Below, piece after piece: positions 37,020 through 46,322 of a DNA stretch of 50,935 nt (positions are counted from its first letter, which is position 1; each line of letters begins with the position of its first letter). The translations under genes and the position numbers were made by a program. The stretch spans positions 1 through 50,935 of the forward strand of contig CAIYXV010000096.1 of NCBI GenBank assembly GCA_903930225.1, written 5' to 3'. Origin of the DNA: an uncultured bacterium (lineage in GTDB: Bacteria > Margulisbacteria > WOR-1 > XYC2-FULL-46-14 > WPAF01). The notes below the pieces were generated by a model. That model ran no database searches. It was not told where the DNA came from and saw only the letters and a program-made list of their open reading frames with translations.

Positions 37020-38080
37020 CCCAATTCCTTTAACGTACGCCTGATCATGGCTTCGCTCACATTATCGCGCACAGTTACCCGACCGATCGTCTGCGGAAGC
37101 ACCAGGCGTAGTTTTCCGTCTTTGACTTTTTTATCCAACTTCATTGCCTTGATCACGCTGTCCGCCCTAAGATCGATCTCGAGCGGTAAACGCAGTTGCG
37201 CGAGCAGCTGGATCATCCTCATGTAGGAAGCGTCGTCTAGCATTTTAAGGTCATGAGCAATGGTCGCGGCGGCCGCCATGCCGAAGCCTACCGCTTCTCC
37301 ATGCGTGAATCCTTTATACCCGGTCAGGGATTCAACCGCGTGGCCGATGGTATGGCCCAAATTAAGGATCAGGCGCAGGCCGGAGGTCTCCTTTTCATCC
37401 TTTGAAACTATTTCCGCTTTTATCTTCGCGCAGAGATAGATCAGCTTCTGCCAGAACATCGACGATAATTTCGGGTTGCCTTCCAGCATTTTGAATATCG
37501 CAGGGTTTTTGATCACACCGTATTTAAAAACTTCCGCCAACCCGTTCTTTATTTCTTTTGACGGGAGCGTCCCCAGCATATTAACGTCGATCAGCACCAG
37601 TTTCGGCTGGTAAAAAACTCCGATCAGATTTTTCCCTTTGTGATGATTGACCGCGGTCTTGCCGCCGATCCCCGCGTCCACCATCGCCAAAAGCGTCGTC
37701 GGCACCTGAATAAGATCGACGCCGCGCATGTAGGTCGCCGCCACAAAGCCGGCCAGGTCTCCGATCACTCCCCCTCCCAGGGCAATGATCAGCGCGTCCC
37801 GATGGATCCCCAGGTCGATCAGCTTGTCATAAACCGCGGCCGCGGCGGAAAGTGACTTGTGCCGCTCGCCGGGCGGGAGCTGGAGAATGTTCGGTTTGAA
37901 TTTTTTCAACGCTTTTTGGATGGAGGAGGAATAATATTTTCCGACGATATAATCGGTTATGACCACGATCTGTTTTTTCTTTGATCTTGAAACATATTCG
38001 CTAAGCCGGGGCAGGATCCCGCCGCCGATCACTATCTTGTAGCTTCTGTCTTTCAGGTTGACCTTTATCTCTTTAGCCAT
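37010..38080 (-). CDS. aroB: 3-dehydroquinate synthase
   Basis: [20 protein letters not shown], the metal-binding [10 protein letters not shown], and HGEAVGFGM. 356 aa. Confidence 0.9.
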   Translation of the reverse strand: MAKEIKVNLKDRSYKIVIGGGILPRLSEYVSRSKKKQIVVITDYIVGKYYSSSIQKALKKFKPNILQLPPGERHKSLSAAAAVYDKLIDLGIHRDALIIALGGGVIGDLAGFVAATYMRGVDLIQVPTTLLAMVDAGIGGKTAVNHHKGKNLIGVFYQPKLVLIDVNMLGTLPSKEIKNGLAEVFKYGVIKNPAIFKMLEGNPKLSSMFWQKLIYLCAKIKAEIVSKDEKETSGLRLILNLGHTIGHAVESLTGYKGFTHGEAVGFGMAAAATIAHDLKMLDDASYMRMIQLLAQLRLPLEIDLRADSVIKAMKLDKKVKDGKLRLVLPQTIGRVTVRDNVSEAMIRRTLKELGCR

Positions 38081-38568
38081 TTAATTATCTCCTCTGCTGC
38101 CGCCTGCGGCGTGATCTCCGAAGTGTCCACTATGTGATCGGCCGCCCGCTCATATGCCGGGCCCCGCTCCGCCAGTATCTTTTTTATATTATCCAGCTTG
38201 TCGCCCTGCATGAGCAGCGGCCGGTCCGCTTCGCCTTCAAGCCGCTTATCAATCACTTCTTCCCGCGAGGTTAAAAGCACCAGCGGGCCGATCGCTTTAA
38301 GCATTTTCACGTTATTTTCCCGGAGCACGATGCCGCCTCCGGTCGAAATGACGAAATTATCATAATCCCCAAGCGTCACGATCACCTCGGTCTCCAGGTC
38401 CCGGAACCTCCCCTCCCCGTCCTTTTCAAAAATATCGGAGATCTTGCGGCCTTCGGTCTTCTCGATCACCGCGTCGGTATCGATAAAATTCAAATCAAGC
38501 CGGGCGGCAAGCTCCCTGCCTACCGCAGACTTGCCAACCCCCATAAAACCGATTAAAATGATGTTCAT
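38065..38568 (-). CDS. aroK: Shikimate kinase
   Basis: P-loop IGFMGVGKSAVG and STGGGIV. 167 aa. Overlaps aroB by 16 nt. Confidence 0.9.
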   Translation of the reverse strand: MNIILIGFMGVGKSAVGRELAARLDLNFIDTDAVIEKTEGRKISDIFEKDGEGRFRDLETEVIVTLGDYDNFVISTGGGIVLRENNVKMLKAIGPLVLLTSREEVIDKRLEGEADRPLLMQGDKLDNIKKILAERGPAYERAADHIVDTSEITPQAAAEEIIKWLKR

Positions 38569-38582
38569 AGTAAAAGGGAACT

Positions 38583-38656
38583 TGCCCCCGACACGGCTCG
38601 AACGTGCGACCTAGTGTTTAGGAAACACTTGCTCTATCCAACTGAGCTACGGGGGC
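38583..38656 (-). tRNA. tRNA-Arg (anticodon CCT)
   Basis: The reverse complement reads GCCCCCG-TA-GCTC-AGTTGGATA-GAGC-A-AGTGT-TTCCTAA-ACACT-AGGTC-GCACG-TTCGAGC-CGTGT-CGGGGGC-A. This is a complete cloverleaf with the T-loop TTCGA and anticodon loop TT-CCT-AA. CCA is not encoded. Confidence 0.9.
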
Positions 38657-38698
38657 ATAGTTAGATTATATCAAAAATCGGAAGGGATTGAAATTTAA

Positions 38699-38833
38699 AT
38701 GAATCATAAGCAAGTCTGGACCATCGCGGGAATAGTTTTCTTGATCTTATACTTCATCGCCGCCCTGCTCTTGATCCTCAATTTTCAGATCGACATCAAG
38801 ACCGAGAACACCCAGCAGCTGAGGCTAATGTAA
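38699..38833 (+). CDS. Possible 44-aa single-pass membrane peptide
   Basis: MNHKQVWTIAGIVFLILYFIAALLLILNFQIDIKTENTQQLRLM has one clear hydrophobic helix and lies in an otherwise empty 215-nt gap. The SD is weak (ggaaggg, somewhat far upstream). There is no homology support. Confidence 0.3.
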   Translation: MNHKQVWTIAGIVFLILYFIAALLLILNFQIDIKTENTQQLRLM

Positions 38834-38873
38834 ATAGTCCGATCCTCGGAATTTTCCCAGTAGGATAATCTAT

Positions 38874-39632
38874 CTATTGATTGTCTTTTATGTAACCGGT
38901 CACCGCTTTTTTTATCAATGAACCCAGTAACAGGCGTTTTTTCACGAATCTCGGCGGGTTTGGATAAAGCCCGAGCAGGTCGTTGGTCACCAGTATTTGT
39001 CCGTCACAGAGCGGACCGGCGCCGATCCCGATCGTTGGGATCTTGATGCTTTTTGAGATCCTGGCCGCCAGCGCTTCGGGCACCATTTCCAGCACGATGG
39101 CAAAACAACCCGCCTTCTCAAGTTTGCGGGCTTCGTCCAGGATCCTTTTTCCTTCTTTTCCTTTACCCTGAATTCTATAACCCAATGAGTTGACCGATTG
39201 CGGAGTGAACCCCAGATGCCCCATTACCGGGATACCGGCCTTGATAATCCCTTTGATCGCCTCAATATACTCCACCCCCTCCACCTTTACCGCTTCCGCC
39301 CCCGCTTTGATCAGAGCGATCGCGTTCTTTACCGCTTCCTTCGCGTCAACCTGATACGAACCGAACGGCATATCGGCAACTATAAGCGCTCTGGTTACGG
39401 CGCGGGATACCGCTTTGGTGTGAACGATCATCTCCAGCATGGTTACCGGCAAAGTGTTACGGTAGCCAAGCGCGACGTTCCCGAGCGAATCACCGACCAG
39501 AATAATGTCTATTCCCGCTTCATCAAGGAGCCGGGCGATCGGATGATCGTAAGCAGTGAGCGCGGATATTTTTTGTCCGGTTTTTTTGAAACCCTTGATC
39601 TTTTGGATATCTATTTTTTCTTTTTTGACCAT
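38874..39632 (-). CDS. panB: 3-methyl-2-oxobutanoate hydroxymethyltransferase
   Basis: LTAYDHPIARLLDEAGIDIILVGDSLGNV and VVADMPFGSY. 252 aa. Confidence 0.9.
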   Translation of the reverse strand: MVKKEKIDIQKIKGFKKTGQKISALTAYDHPIARLLDEAGIDIILVGDSLGNVALGYRNTLPVTMLEMIVHTKAVSRAVTRALIVADMPFGSYQVDAKEAVKNAIALIKAGAEAVKVEGVEYIEAIKGIIKAGIPVMGHLGFTPQSVNSLGYRIQGKGKEGKRILDEARKLEKAGCFAIVLEMVPEALAARISKSIKIPTIGIGAGPLCDGQILVTNDLLGLYPNPPRFVKKRLLLGSLIKKAVTGYIKDNQ

Positions 39633-40405
39633 GGCAGGTGCAGGTCCATTCTGGGGAACATTTCGCGGTACATTGAGAAAAGTCTCTCTTCCAGCATCTC
39701 GCGGGTGACATAGCGCGTAAGATATCCGTTCTCGGCGATCGAGATGGTCCCGGTGCTTTCGGAAACTATGATCGCGACCGCGTCCGTCACTTCGGAAAGC
39801 CCCACCGCCGCCCGGTGCCTGGTCCCCAGTCTTTTATCCAGAAGCTTCGATTCCGAGAGCGGGAGCAGACAGCCGGCGGCAACGATCCTTTCCCCCTGCA
39901 CGATCATCGCGCCGTCGTGGAGGGCGGAACCGTGTTCGAACAGGGAAGTTATAAGCTCGCTCGAGATCAGGGCGTCGAGCCGCGTGCCGGACTCAATATA
40001 ATCGTTTAGCCCCGAGTTCCGCTCGATCACGATGATCGCCCCGGTATGGTTCTCCGCCATCCATTCGATCGAACGGACGACCGAACGGATGAACCAGGTG
40101 GAAGCCTGAGGTACGATCCCCAGCCGCCGGATAAAACCTCCCCTGCCCAGCCGCTCCAGCGTTCTCCGCAGTTCCGGCTGAAAAACAATGATCAGCAAAA
40201 CCAGGATGGCGGCGGAGAATTTTTCGAACAGCCAGTTGATGGTCTGCAAACCTAGCAGTTTCGCGGCCAGGTACAGCGAAGCCAGAACTATCAGTCCGCG
40301 CAGAAGATTGGCCGCCTGGGTGCCCCGCAGCCAAAGAATAATGTAATAAAGGATCACTGCGACAACAGCAATATCAAGGATATCGAGCAGCCATCTTGCC
40401 TGCAT
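39611..40405 (-). CDS. cdaA: Diadenylate cyclase CdaA (membrane-anchored DAC domain)
   Basis: Three N-terminal TM helices. The DAC motifs are TGAIIVIE, ALHDGAMIV (DGA), LGTRHRAA (RHR) and AIIVSESTGTISIA. The 3' end overlaps the panB start by 22 nt. Confidence 0.9.
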   Translation of the reverse strand: MQARWLLDILDIAVVAVILYYIILWLRGTQAANLLRGLIVLASLYLAAKLLGLQTINWLFEKFSAAILVLLIIVFQPELRRTLERLGRGGFIRRLGIVPQASTWFIRSVVRSIEWMAENHTGAIIVIERNSGLNDYIESGTRLDALISSELITSLFEHGSALHDGAMIVQGERIVAAGCLLPLSESKLLDKRLGTRHRAAVGLSEVTDAVAIIVSESTGTISIAENGYLTRYVTREMLEERLFSMYREMFPRMDLHLPWSKKKK

Positions 40406-40428
40406 CAGATCACTCTTTTCCGCTCGAA

Positions 40429-40487
40429 AACCTGCGAATAAACTTCGCGGTTTTCTCGCGAGGAACCGCGGCGTTTAGCCGCAGGTT
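40429..40487 (-). terminator. Nested stem-loop between lysA and cdaA (possible terminator or attenuator)
   Basis: Outer pairing is aacctgcg (40429-40436) with cgcaggtt (40480-40487). Inner pairing is cgcggtt (40446-40452) with aaccgcg (40464-40470), around the self-complementary ctcgcgag. Read on the minus strand, the inner stem is followed by aagtttatt. Confidence 0.3.
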
Positions 40488-40499
40488 CAATAATTCTCA

Positions 40500-41795
40500 T
40501 CAGATCACCACGTCATTTAAAATTAGATCGTCGTATGATTCGCGCTTCAGGATCAGCGTGGGGATCCCGTTGTTGACCAGCACCATGGCCGGCCGGCCCA
40601 CCCGGTTATAATTGCTGGCCATGGAATAGTTGTAGGCCCCGGTGCCAAATACCGCCAGGATGTCGCCGACTTTTACTTCCGGAAGTTCGATGTCTTTTAT
40701 CAGCTTGTCGCCTGATTCGCAGAACCTGCCGGCGATCGTCACTTTTTCTTTTTTCGTCTCCCGGGCGCGATTGGCCAGCAGCGCGTCGTATTTCGCGTCG
40801 TACAGTATCGGACGGGGATTGTCGGACATGCCTCCGTCGACCGCCGCATATTTCCTGACGCCGGGGATGTCCTTTACCATGCCGATCGTATAAACAGTCA
40901 CGCCGGCGGTACCGATCACCGAACGGCCGGGCTCGAGTATAAGTTTCGGATCATTCAGCTTGAATTCCTTGCAGGTTTTAATGAAATGGCTCACCGTCCG
41001 CTCGGCAAAGGAATCGATCGACGGCGCCTCGTCCGCGCCGCTGTAGTCAATGCCCAGCCCCCCGCCAATATCGATCTCTTCCGTCTTAAGCCCCGTCTCC
41101 GTCCGGATCTGGTCCGCCAGCCGGCCGAGGATCTCGATCTCGGCCAGATAGGGCGAAACTTCAAAGATCTGCGAGCCGATGTGCGCATGAAGACCGAGGT
41201 AATTTACATAGGTCATTTTCCGGGTAAGCCCGGCCGCTTCGGCCGCTTTTTCTTTGGAGATCCCGAACTTGGAGTCGATCCGTCCGGTCTGGATGAACTC
41301 GTGGGTGTGCGCCTCGATCCCGGGATTTATACGGAAAAGGATGTCGATCTTTTTTCCTAATTTTTTCGTGATCTCGTCGAGGTTGCGCAGTTCATCAAAA
41401 TTATCGACCACGATCCTGCCCGCCCCCCATTCCACCGCTTCTTCCAGTTCCTTTTTGGATTTGTTATTCCCGTGGAAATAGACGCTATTCAGATTGCAGT
41501 TCGCTTTTTTCGCGGTATACAGTTCCCCACCGGAGGATACGTCCAGCCCCAGGCCCTCGTTGTTCATTATTTTAACGATCGCCGTGTTGCAGAGCGCCTT
41601 GCAGGCATAGATCACCTGCGAATTATCGTACCGGTTCTTGAAAGCGGTCTTATACTCCCGGCAGCGGCTCCGGACCGTGGTTTCATCGATCACATAAAGC
41701 GGGGTGCCGAATTCGGCCGCCAAGCCGACCAGGTCGCACCCGCCGACCTCAAGGTGTCCTTTGTTATTTATCTTTGATGTTATTGGCTGGTTCAT
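40500..41795 (-). CDS. lysA: Diaminopimelate decarboxylase
   Basis: PLYVIDE, the PLP-lysine context YACKALCN, HAHIGSQ, GGGLGIDY, EPGRSVIG and CESGD. 431 aa. Confidence 0.9.
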   Translation of the reverse strand: MNQPITSKINNKGHLEVGGCDLVGLAAEFGTPLYVIDETTVRSRCREYKTAFKNRYDNSQVIYACKALCNTAIVKIMNNEGLGLDVSSGGELYTAKKANCNLNSVYFHGNNKSKKELEEAVEWGAGRIVVDNFDELRNLDEITKKLGKKIDILFRINPGIEAHTHEFIQTGRIDSKFGISKEKAAEAAGLTRKMTYVNYLGLHAHIGSQIFEVSPYLAEIEILGRLADQIRTETGLKTEEIDIGGGLGIDYSGADEAPSIDSFAERTVSHFIKTCKEFKLNDPKLILEPGRSVIGTAGVTVYTIGMVKDIPGVRKYAAVDGGMSDNPRPILYDAKYDALLANRARETKKEKVTIAGRFCESGDKLIKDIELPEVKVGDILAVFGTGAYNYSMASNYNRVGRPAMVLVNNGIPTLILKRESYDDLILNDVVI

Positions 41796-41897
41796 TTTTC
41801 CCTTTTCTCATTAAATTATATCATTTTTCCGGAACGGTTAAAAGTGAAATTATCCCTCTATTTTGACGATATATACCTGTAGAGAGGTATAAACTCC

Positions 41898-43040
41898 ATG
41901 GGAATAGAAAGCTTAGCTAGAGTTTCTGAAAGAACGACAGTCAATCCGGCGTTTTACCGGTCAAATCTGCATCTGGTAACGCCCGATATGATAAACGTTC
42001 GGAACGTCTCATCAATTGGCCCGCGCTCTGCCTCTCCGGCCGATATTACGGCGGAAAAGATGGTACGAAAGCAGATCCTGCGGCTGGACGTCTTGGATGC
42101 CCGTGCCGCGATCAAGCTGGACCCGCTGGCCGTCCTGCGCATCAATAATTCCTTCTGTAGCTGCCACGGCATATCCGAACTTATGGAAAAAACCGTCGCC
42201 CAGCTTGGATATCATTTCAACGCCCTGGTGGACTTTGAGCTCAGGGCCGACTTGCTTGATGAAAAACCGGTCGACCTGCCGCTGCACCAATTGATGCCGA
42301 ACCTGCTGGGAAAGAACCCCGTAAAGATCGAAAAAATGATCGCGACCAGGGAACCGCTCGTGACCACGGGAAGCGACGGCGAGCACCTGATCATCGTTCC
42401 CCTCTTTGACGATAACCACGTTTTCCTCGGCGGGATACAATTCAGGAGCTTTGCCAATTATTCAACCGAAGAAAGGGAGATGATCCGGGAATTTTGCGTC
42501 ACCATCAATGAGACCTTGAAGCGGATGATCGAGATCGAGAAATTAAAGATGCAGGCGGTTACCGACGGATTGACCGGCCTTTACAACCGCCGCTATTTTG
42601 AGGAATTCATAAAGAACCAGTTCGCCGCCGCCAAGCGGAACGGCAAAGAGCTTGGCCTGCTGGTGATCGATCTCGACCACTTCAAGCAGATAAACGACAC
42701 CTACGGCCATCAGGCCGGAGATAAAGTTCTCCGGGCGGTTTCCCTGACCATCCGCAACACCGTGAGGGCAATGGACCTGGCCGCCCGCTACGGGGGAGAA
42801 GAGATGGCGGTCGTCATTCCCGAAACCGGAGAGGCCGGAAGCAGGATCCTGGCCGAAAAGATACGGTCCGCGATCGCCGCGCTCAAGATCGATTATAACG
42901 GACAGCTTATAAAGGTAACAGCCAGCATCGGCGTCGGCCAGTACTCACAATCGATGGGATCCGAAGAATTGCTGGTGAAGCAGGCCGACCTGAACGTTTA
43001 TCAAGCCAAAAAAGACGGCCGGAACAAAGTTGTATTCTAG
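41898..43040 (+). CDS. Diguanylate cyclase (GGDEF domain, motif GGEEM) with an N-terminal GAF-like sensor region
   Basis: DGLTGLYNRRYF, DLDHFKQINDTYGHQAGD, RYGGEEMAVVIPET and YQAKKDGRNKV. An RxxD I-site (RAMD) lies five residues before GGEEM. Confidence 0.85.
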   Translation: MGIESLARVSERTTVNPAFYRSNLHLVTPDMINVRNVSSIGPRSASPADITAEKMVRKQILRLDVLDARAAIKLDPLAVLRINNSFCSCHGISELMEKTVAQLGYHFNALVDFELRADLLDEKPVDLPLHQLMPNLLGKNPVKIEKMIATREPLVTTGSDGEHLIIVPLFDDNHVFLGGIQFRSFANYSTEEREMIREFCVTINETLKRMIEIEKLKMQAVTDGLTGLYNRRYFEEFIKNQFAAAKRNGKELGLLVIDLDHFKQINDTYGHQAGDKVLRAVSLTIRNTVRAMDLAARYGGEEMAVVIPETGEAGSRILAEKIRSAIAALKIDYNGQLIKVTASIGVGQYSQSMGSEELLVKQADLNVYQAKKDGRNKVVF

Positions 43041-43096
43041 ATAAAATCGCGTGAAATCCCGTTCGCACCGCCACGATATCTCATTGTGGCTGCATT

Positions 43097-43657
43097 ATGA
43101 AAACAATTACTCTGCCCGGACAAATAACGCCCGGTTCGCGGATCACCGTCGGAATGCCCCAGCGGCATTTTGTTGACAGCACGGCCTGCTTAAGCGAGCG
43201 TCTCTCCCACCTGCGATTCATCGAGTCCCAACTGGGAAACCATGACAACCACGCCAACCTTCAGCATGATATATTTAAAAAAGCCAATGATGTTTTCCGC
43301 CCGTTCGGAAAAATGGTTGATTTTAGCATTATCACACGCGGCGAACTGGTGATGACATTCGACGGTAATCAGGGGAAATCTCTGCGCGTGTCGAACTACA
43401 CTCCCGAAAAATACCCACAGGAAGAGATCGTTCTGCGCGCCGGCAGGGAGGAACAGATCGTGCTGAAAAAGAATGGGACGGAAGAGCACCTGGCCTTTCC
43501 GCTTTTCCGGAACGATGAGGTCTGCGGCATGATGCTGCTTTCCAATCAGGCAACCGGGAAACCGTTCTCCGACGATGATCTGACCATCGCCCGTGAGTTC
43601 TCGCTCATCGCTTCGGAGGCCATGACCGAGCTTTTCGCCCGGCTGTCCCGGTCCTAA
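43097..43657 (+). CDS. Stand-alone GAF-like domain protein (paralogous to the sensor region of the preceding cyclase)
   Basis: EHLAFPLFRNDEVCGMMLLSNQATGKPFSDDDLTIAREFSLIASEAMTEL parallels EHLIIVPLFDDNHVFLGGIQFRSFANYSTEEREMIREFCVTINETLKRM in the cyclase. Confidence 0.5.
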   Translation: MKTITLPGQITPGSRITVGMPQRHFVDSTACLSERLSHLRFIESQLGNHDNHANLQHDIFKKANDVFRPFGKMVDFSIITRGELVMTFDGNQGKSLRVSNYTPEKYPQEEIVLRAGREEQIVLKKNGTEEHLAFPLFRNDEVCGMMLLSNQATGKPFSDDDLTIAREFSLIASEAMTELFARLSRS

Positions 43658-43664
43658 GCCCGGT

Positions 43665-45215
43665 TCACATCAATTTGTATTCGATCGAGTCTTTGAGCGC
43701 CAGCCAGGAGGCATCGATCACGTTGGTCGAAACCCCCACCGTCCCCCAATCCTTTTTATCATCTGAAGATTCAACGATTACCCGCACCCGCGCCGCCGTT
43801 CCCGCCTGCGAATCAAGCACCCTTACTTTATAATCGGTAAGCTTTACTTCTTTTATCTGCGGATAAATGCCTTCGAGCACCTTGCGCAGGGCACAATCAA
43901 GCGCGTTGATCGGGCCGTCCCCCCGCCCTTTCGATTCGTATTCCATCCCCTTGACCCTGATCTTTATCCAGGCGTCGACATCGAGCGCGTTGCCGCCCCT
44001 TTTCCGCGTTTCCACCTTGAACTCCTCAAGCTCGAAAGGCGGCTTCAATACCCCGAGCGTTCTTTTAACCAGCAGCTCAAAGCTGGCCTCCCCCTCCTCG
44101 AACTGATAGCCCTGATGCTCCATGTCCTTCAATATCTTTATCAGCTCTTTGGTCTCCGGCGAATCCTTTTTAAGGTCAACGCCATATTCCTTAGCCTTGT
44201 AGAGAAGATTGGAGATGCCGGAAAGTTCGGACACCGTGACGCGCCGTTCATTGCCGACCAGTTCGGGAATGATATGCTCATAAGTTTTGGGATGCTTGAG
44301 AACAGCGGAAACGTGGATGCCGCCCTTGTGGGAAAAGGCGGACCGGCCGACGAAGGGCTGATGGGCGGAGAGCGGAAGATTGGCGATCTCGGCAATGTGC
44401 CGCGAAAGTTCGGTCAGTCCTTTAAGTTTTGGATCGGCAATACAGTCAATATTCATCTTTAATTTAATTATCGGGATGATCGAGCATAGATTGGCGTTGC
44501 CGCAGCGCTCGCCGTAGCCGTTAATGGTGCCCTGCACATGGGTCGCGCCGCATTTTACTGCCATGGCGGAGACGGAAACCGCGGTCTCGGAGTCGTTATG
44601 CGCGTGGATGCCGACCGGCGCTTTTACATATTTAAAAACCTCGCCGAGGATATTCTGGACTTCAAAAGCAAGCGAGCCGCCGTTGGTATCGCAGAGGCAG
44701 AGGATATCGGCCCCCGCTTCCTCCGCCACTTTCAGGCATTTAAGCGCGTAGGTCGGATTGTCTTTGAAGCCGTCAAAAAAATGTTCGGCATCAAAGATTA
44801 CTTCTTTGCCGTGCTTCTTTAAATGTAGGATCGTGTCTTTGATCATGGCTAGGTTCTCTTCGAGCGTGATGCCGAGCGCGTCGGTGACATGGTAGTCCCA
44901 GGTTTTGCCGAAGATGGAAACTGTCGGCGTATCGGCCGCGATCAGAGTGGCAATATTCTTGTCATCTTCCACTTTTACCCGGGCCCTGCGGGTCGAAGAA
45001 AAAGCGACCAGTTTCGCGTGTTTGAGTTTGATCTCTTTAGCTTTCTTGAAAAATTCGATATCTTTCGGGTTCGATCCCGGCCATCCCCCCTCGATATAAT
45101 GGATCCCGAAATCATCGAGAAGCTTAACGATCTTTAGCTTGTCCTCGACGGTAAAAGAGATTCCCTCGGTCTGGGCGCCGTCGCGGAGCGTGGTGTCTAA
45201 TAATTTTACCAACAT
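43665..45215 (-). CDS. cimA: (R)-citramalate synthase
   Basis: [33 protein letters not shown] and [10 protein letters not shown], plus a C-terminal LeuA-dimer-type regulatory domain. About 517 aa when started at ATG 45215. The 24-codon extension in the track lacks support. Confidence 0.75.
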   Translation of the reverse strand: MLVKLLDTTLRDGAQTEGISFTVEDKLKIVKLLDDFGIHYIEGGWPGSNPKDIEFFKKAKEIKLKHAKLVAFSSTRRARVKVEDDKNIATLIAADTPTVSIFGKTWDYHVTDALGITLEENLAMIKDTILHLKKHGKEVIFDAEHFFDGFKDNPTYALKCLKVAEEAGADILCLCDTNGGSLAFEVQNILGEVFKYVKAPVGIHAHNDSETAVSVSAMAVKCGATHVQGTINGYGERCGNANLCSIIPIIKLKMNIDCIADPKLKGLTELSRHIAEIANLPLSAHQPFVGRSAFSHKGGIHVSAVLKHPKTYEHIIPELVGNERRVTVSELSGISNLLYKAKEYGVDLKKDSPETKELIKILKDMEHQGYQFEEGEASFELLVKRTLGVLKPPFELEEFKVETRKRGGNALDVDAWIKIRVKGMEYESKGRGDGPINALDCALRKVLEGIYPQIKEVKLTDYKVRVLDSQAGTAARVRVIVESSDDKKDWGTVGVSTNVIDASWLALKDSIEYKLM

Positions 45216-45343
45216 ATTAGGGAAATTATAACACAGGATCGGATATAACTTAAACCCCAAAAAAGCTCCTGCCGCGCTTGGTCTCAAAGGCGGACAAGCT
45301 AGGGGGATCTGAAATTGTTCTATAAATTAAACGAAAAATATTC

Positions 45344-46243
45344 ATGAGTATTATAGCTGAGATCGCGGGCAGATTGCAGGGTAGATTCCTGCCGCAAAAT
45401 TACGGTTATGCCGGCGCCATCAGGACCGGCAAGATCATGGTTGAAAACGGCCGGCTGGTAATTAAAACGCCCCAATTATCCCTTCACGCCCCCTTGCCCT
45501 TTTATACCTGCGATTCGGCTAGCAGCTTTGCCGCGCGCGAACTAACAAAGCGAGATATCCAGGCGGCTACGATTGAGCTTAATATCCCCATTAATCCGGT
45601 CGAAGAAAACGGCACGATCGGACATAAGGTTTGCCTGGCCAGCGAAGCGGGAGAAACTTATGTGATCGGGCTGGCCTCCCCCATTGATAAATTCCTGGGC
45701 CTTTTTCCTTATGCCCGCATGGCTCAATCATCCTGGTTGATGAATTATTTTAACGGCCAGGCCGGCAATCCTTTTCATCGCTCTCCGGGAGCAGAGATAT
45801 TTGAACAGCCGTCCTGGAAACTAAGCGGCATTGCCCCGCTGGTCAGACCGCTTGCGGCAAAAAATTTAGCCGACGGCCGGTTAGCGGTCGCGGAATTGGG
45901 ACTGGGCTCGATCTCCGGCTTATTTTATTTAGCGCTTATTACCAGGCTCATGCGCTTCGATGATCAGAGCAAAAGCGCAATAATCGAATGGAACGATAAT
46001 CTTTACTTGAAACTGCCTGTCAATGACCTGCTCTGGATCAAAGATAAAATCAGCGGACTCAAAAAGCATCCGCTGGAGGTTATCGAAATGCTTGATAGAC
46101 TGCAAATGGTCGATTTTGAAAGCAGGATACCCGACGCCTCGCTTCGCGATCAGGGCAGAGATTTTAAAAGTGAAGCATGGCAGATCGTGGTCGAATTCCT
46201 GAATAAATTGCCGGTCGCTGGTATTCAAGCCGGTTTAAAATAA
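45344..46243 (+). CDS. Hypothetical protein, 299 aa, no domain recognised
   Basis: A long ORF divergent from cimA. No TM segment, signal peptide or known motif. A hairpin follows the stop codon. Confidence 0.55.
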   Translation: MSIIAEIAGRLQGRFLPQNYGYAGAIRTGKIMVENGRLVIKTPQLSLHAPLPFYTCDSASSFAARELTKRDIQAATIELNIPINPVEENGTIGHKVCLASEAGETYVIGLASPIDKFLGLFPYARMAQSSWLMNYFNGQAGNPFHRSPGAEIFEQPSWKLSGIAPLVRPLAAKNLADGRLAVAELGLGSISGLFYLALITRLMRFDDQSKSAIIEWNDNLYLKLPVNDLLWIKDKISGLKKHPLEVIEMLDRLQMVDFESRIPDASLRDQGRDFKSEAWQIVVEFLNKLPVAGIQAGLK

Positions 46244-46260
46244 TTTATTTTTAAGAATCC

Positions 46261-46277
46261 TTCACCCAAAGGGTGAA
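46261..46277 (+). terminator. Short stem-loop after the 299-aa ORF
   Basis: ttcaccc-aaa-gggtgaa (7-bp stem), followed by aacaaagtttgattttt. The T-run is not immediately adjacent, so this is only a weak intrinsic-terminator candidate. Confidence 0.3.
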
Positions 46278-46305
46278 AACAAAGTTTGATTTTTCCCATA
46301 TTACC

Positions 46306-46314
46306 TGATAAAAT
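46306..46314 (+). promoter_or_regulatory. Extended -10-like box TGaTAAAAT, 8 nt upstream of the UDG start codon
   Basis: tgataaaat is followed by ctttccaa and then ATG 46323. There is no purine-rich SD in between. Confidence 0.3.
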
Positions 46315-46322
46315 CTTTCCAA

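Noticed and set aside
38569-38873. Genomic island or integration hotspot at tRNA-Arg.
   Set aside because: There is no integrase and no duplicated tRNA 3' segment. The flanking genes are core metabolism (aroK, panB), and composition matches the rest of the window as judged by eye.
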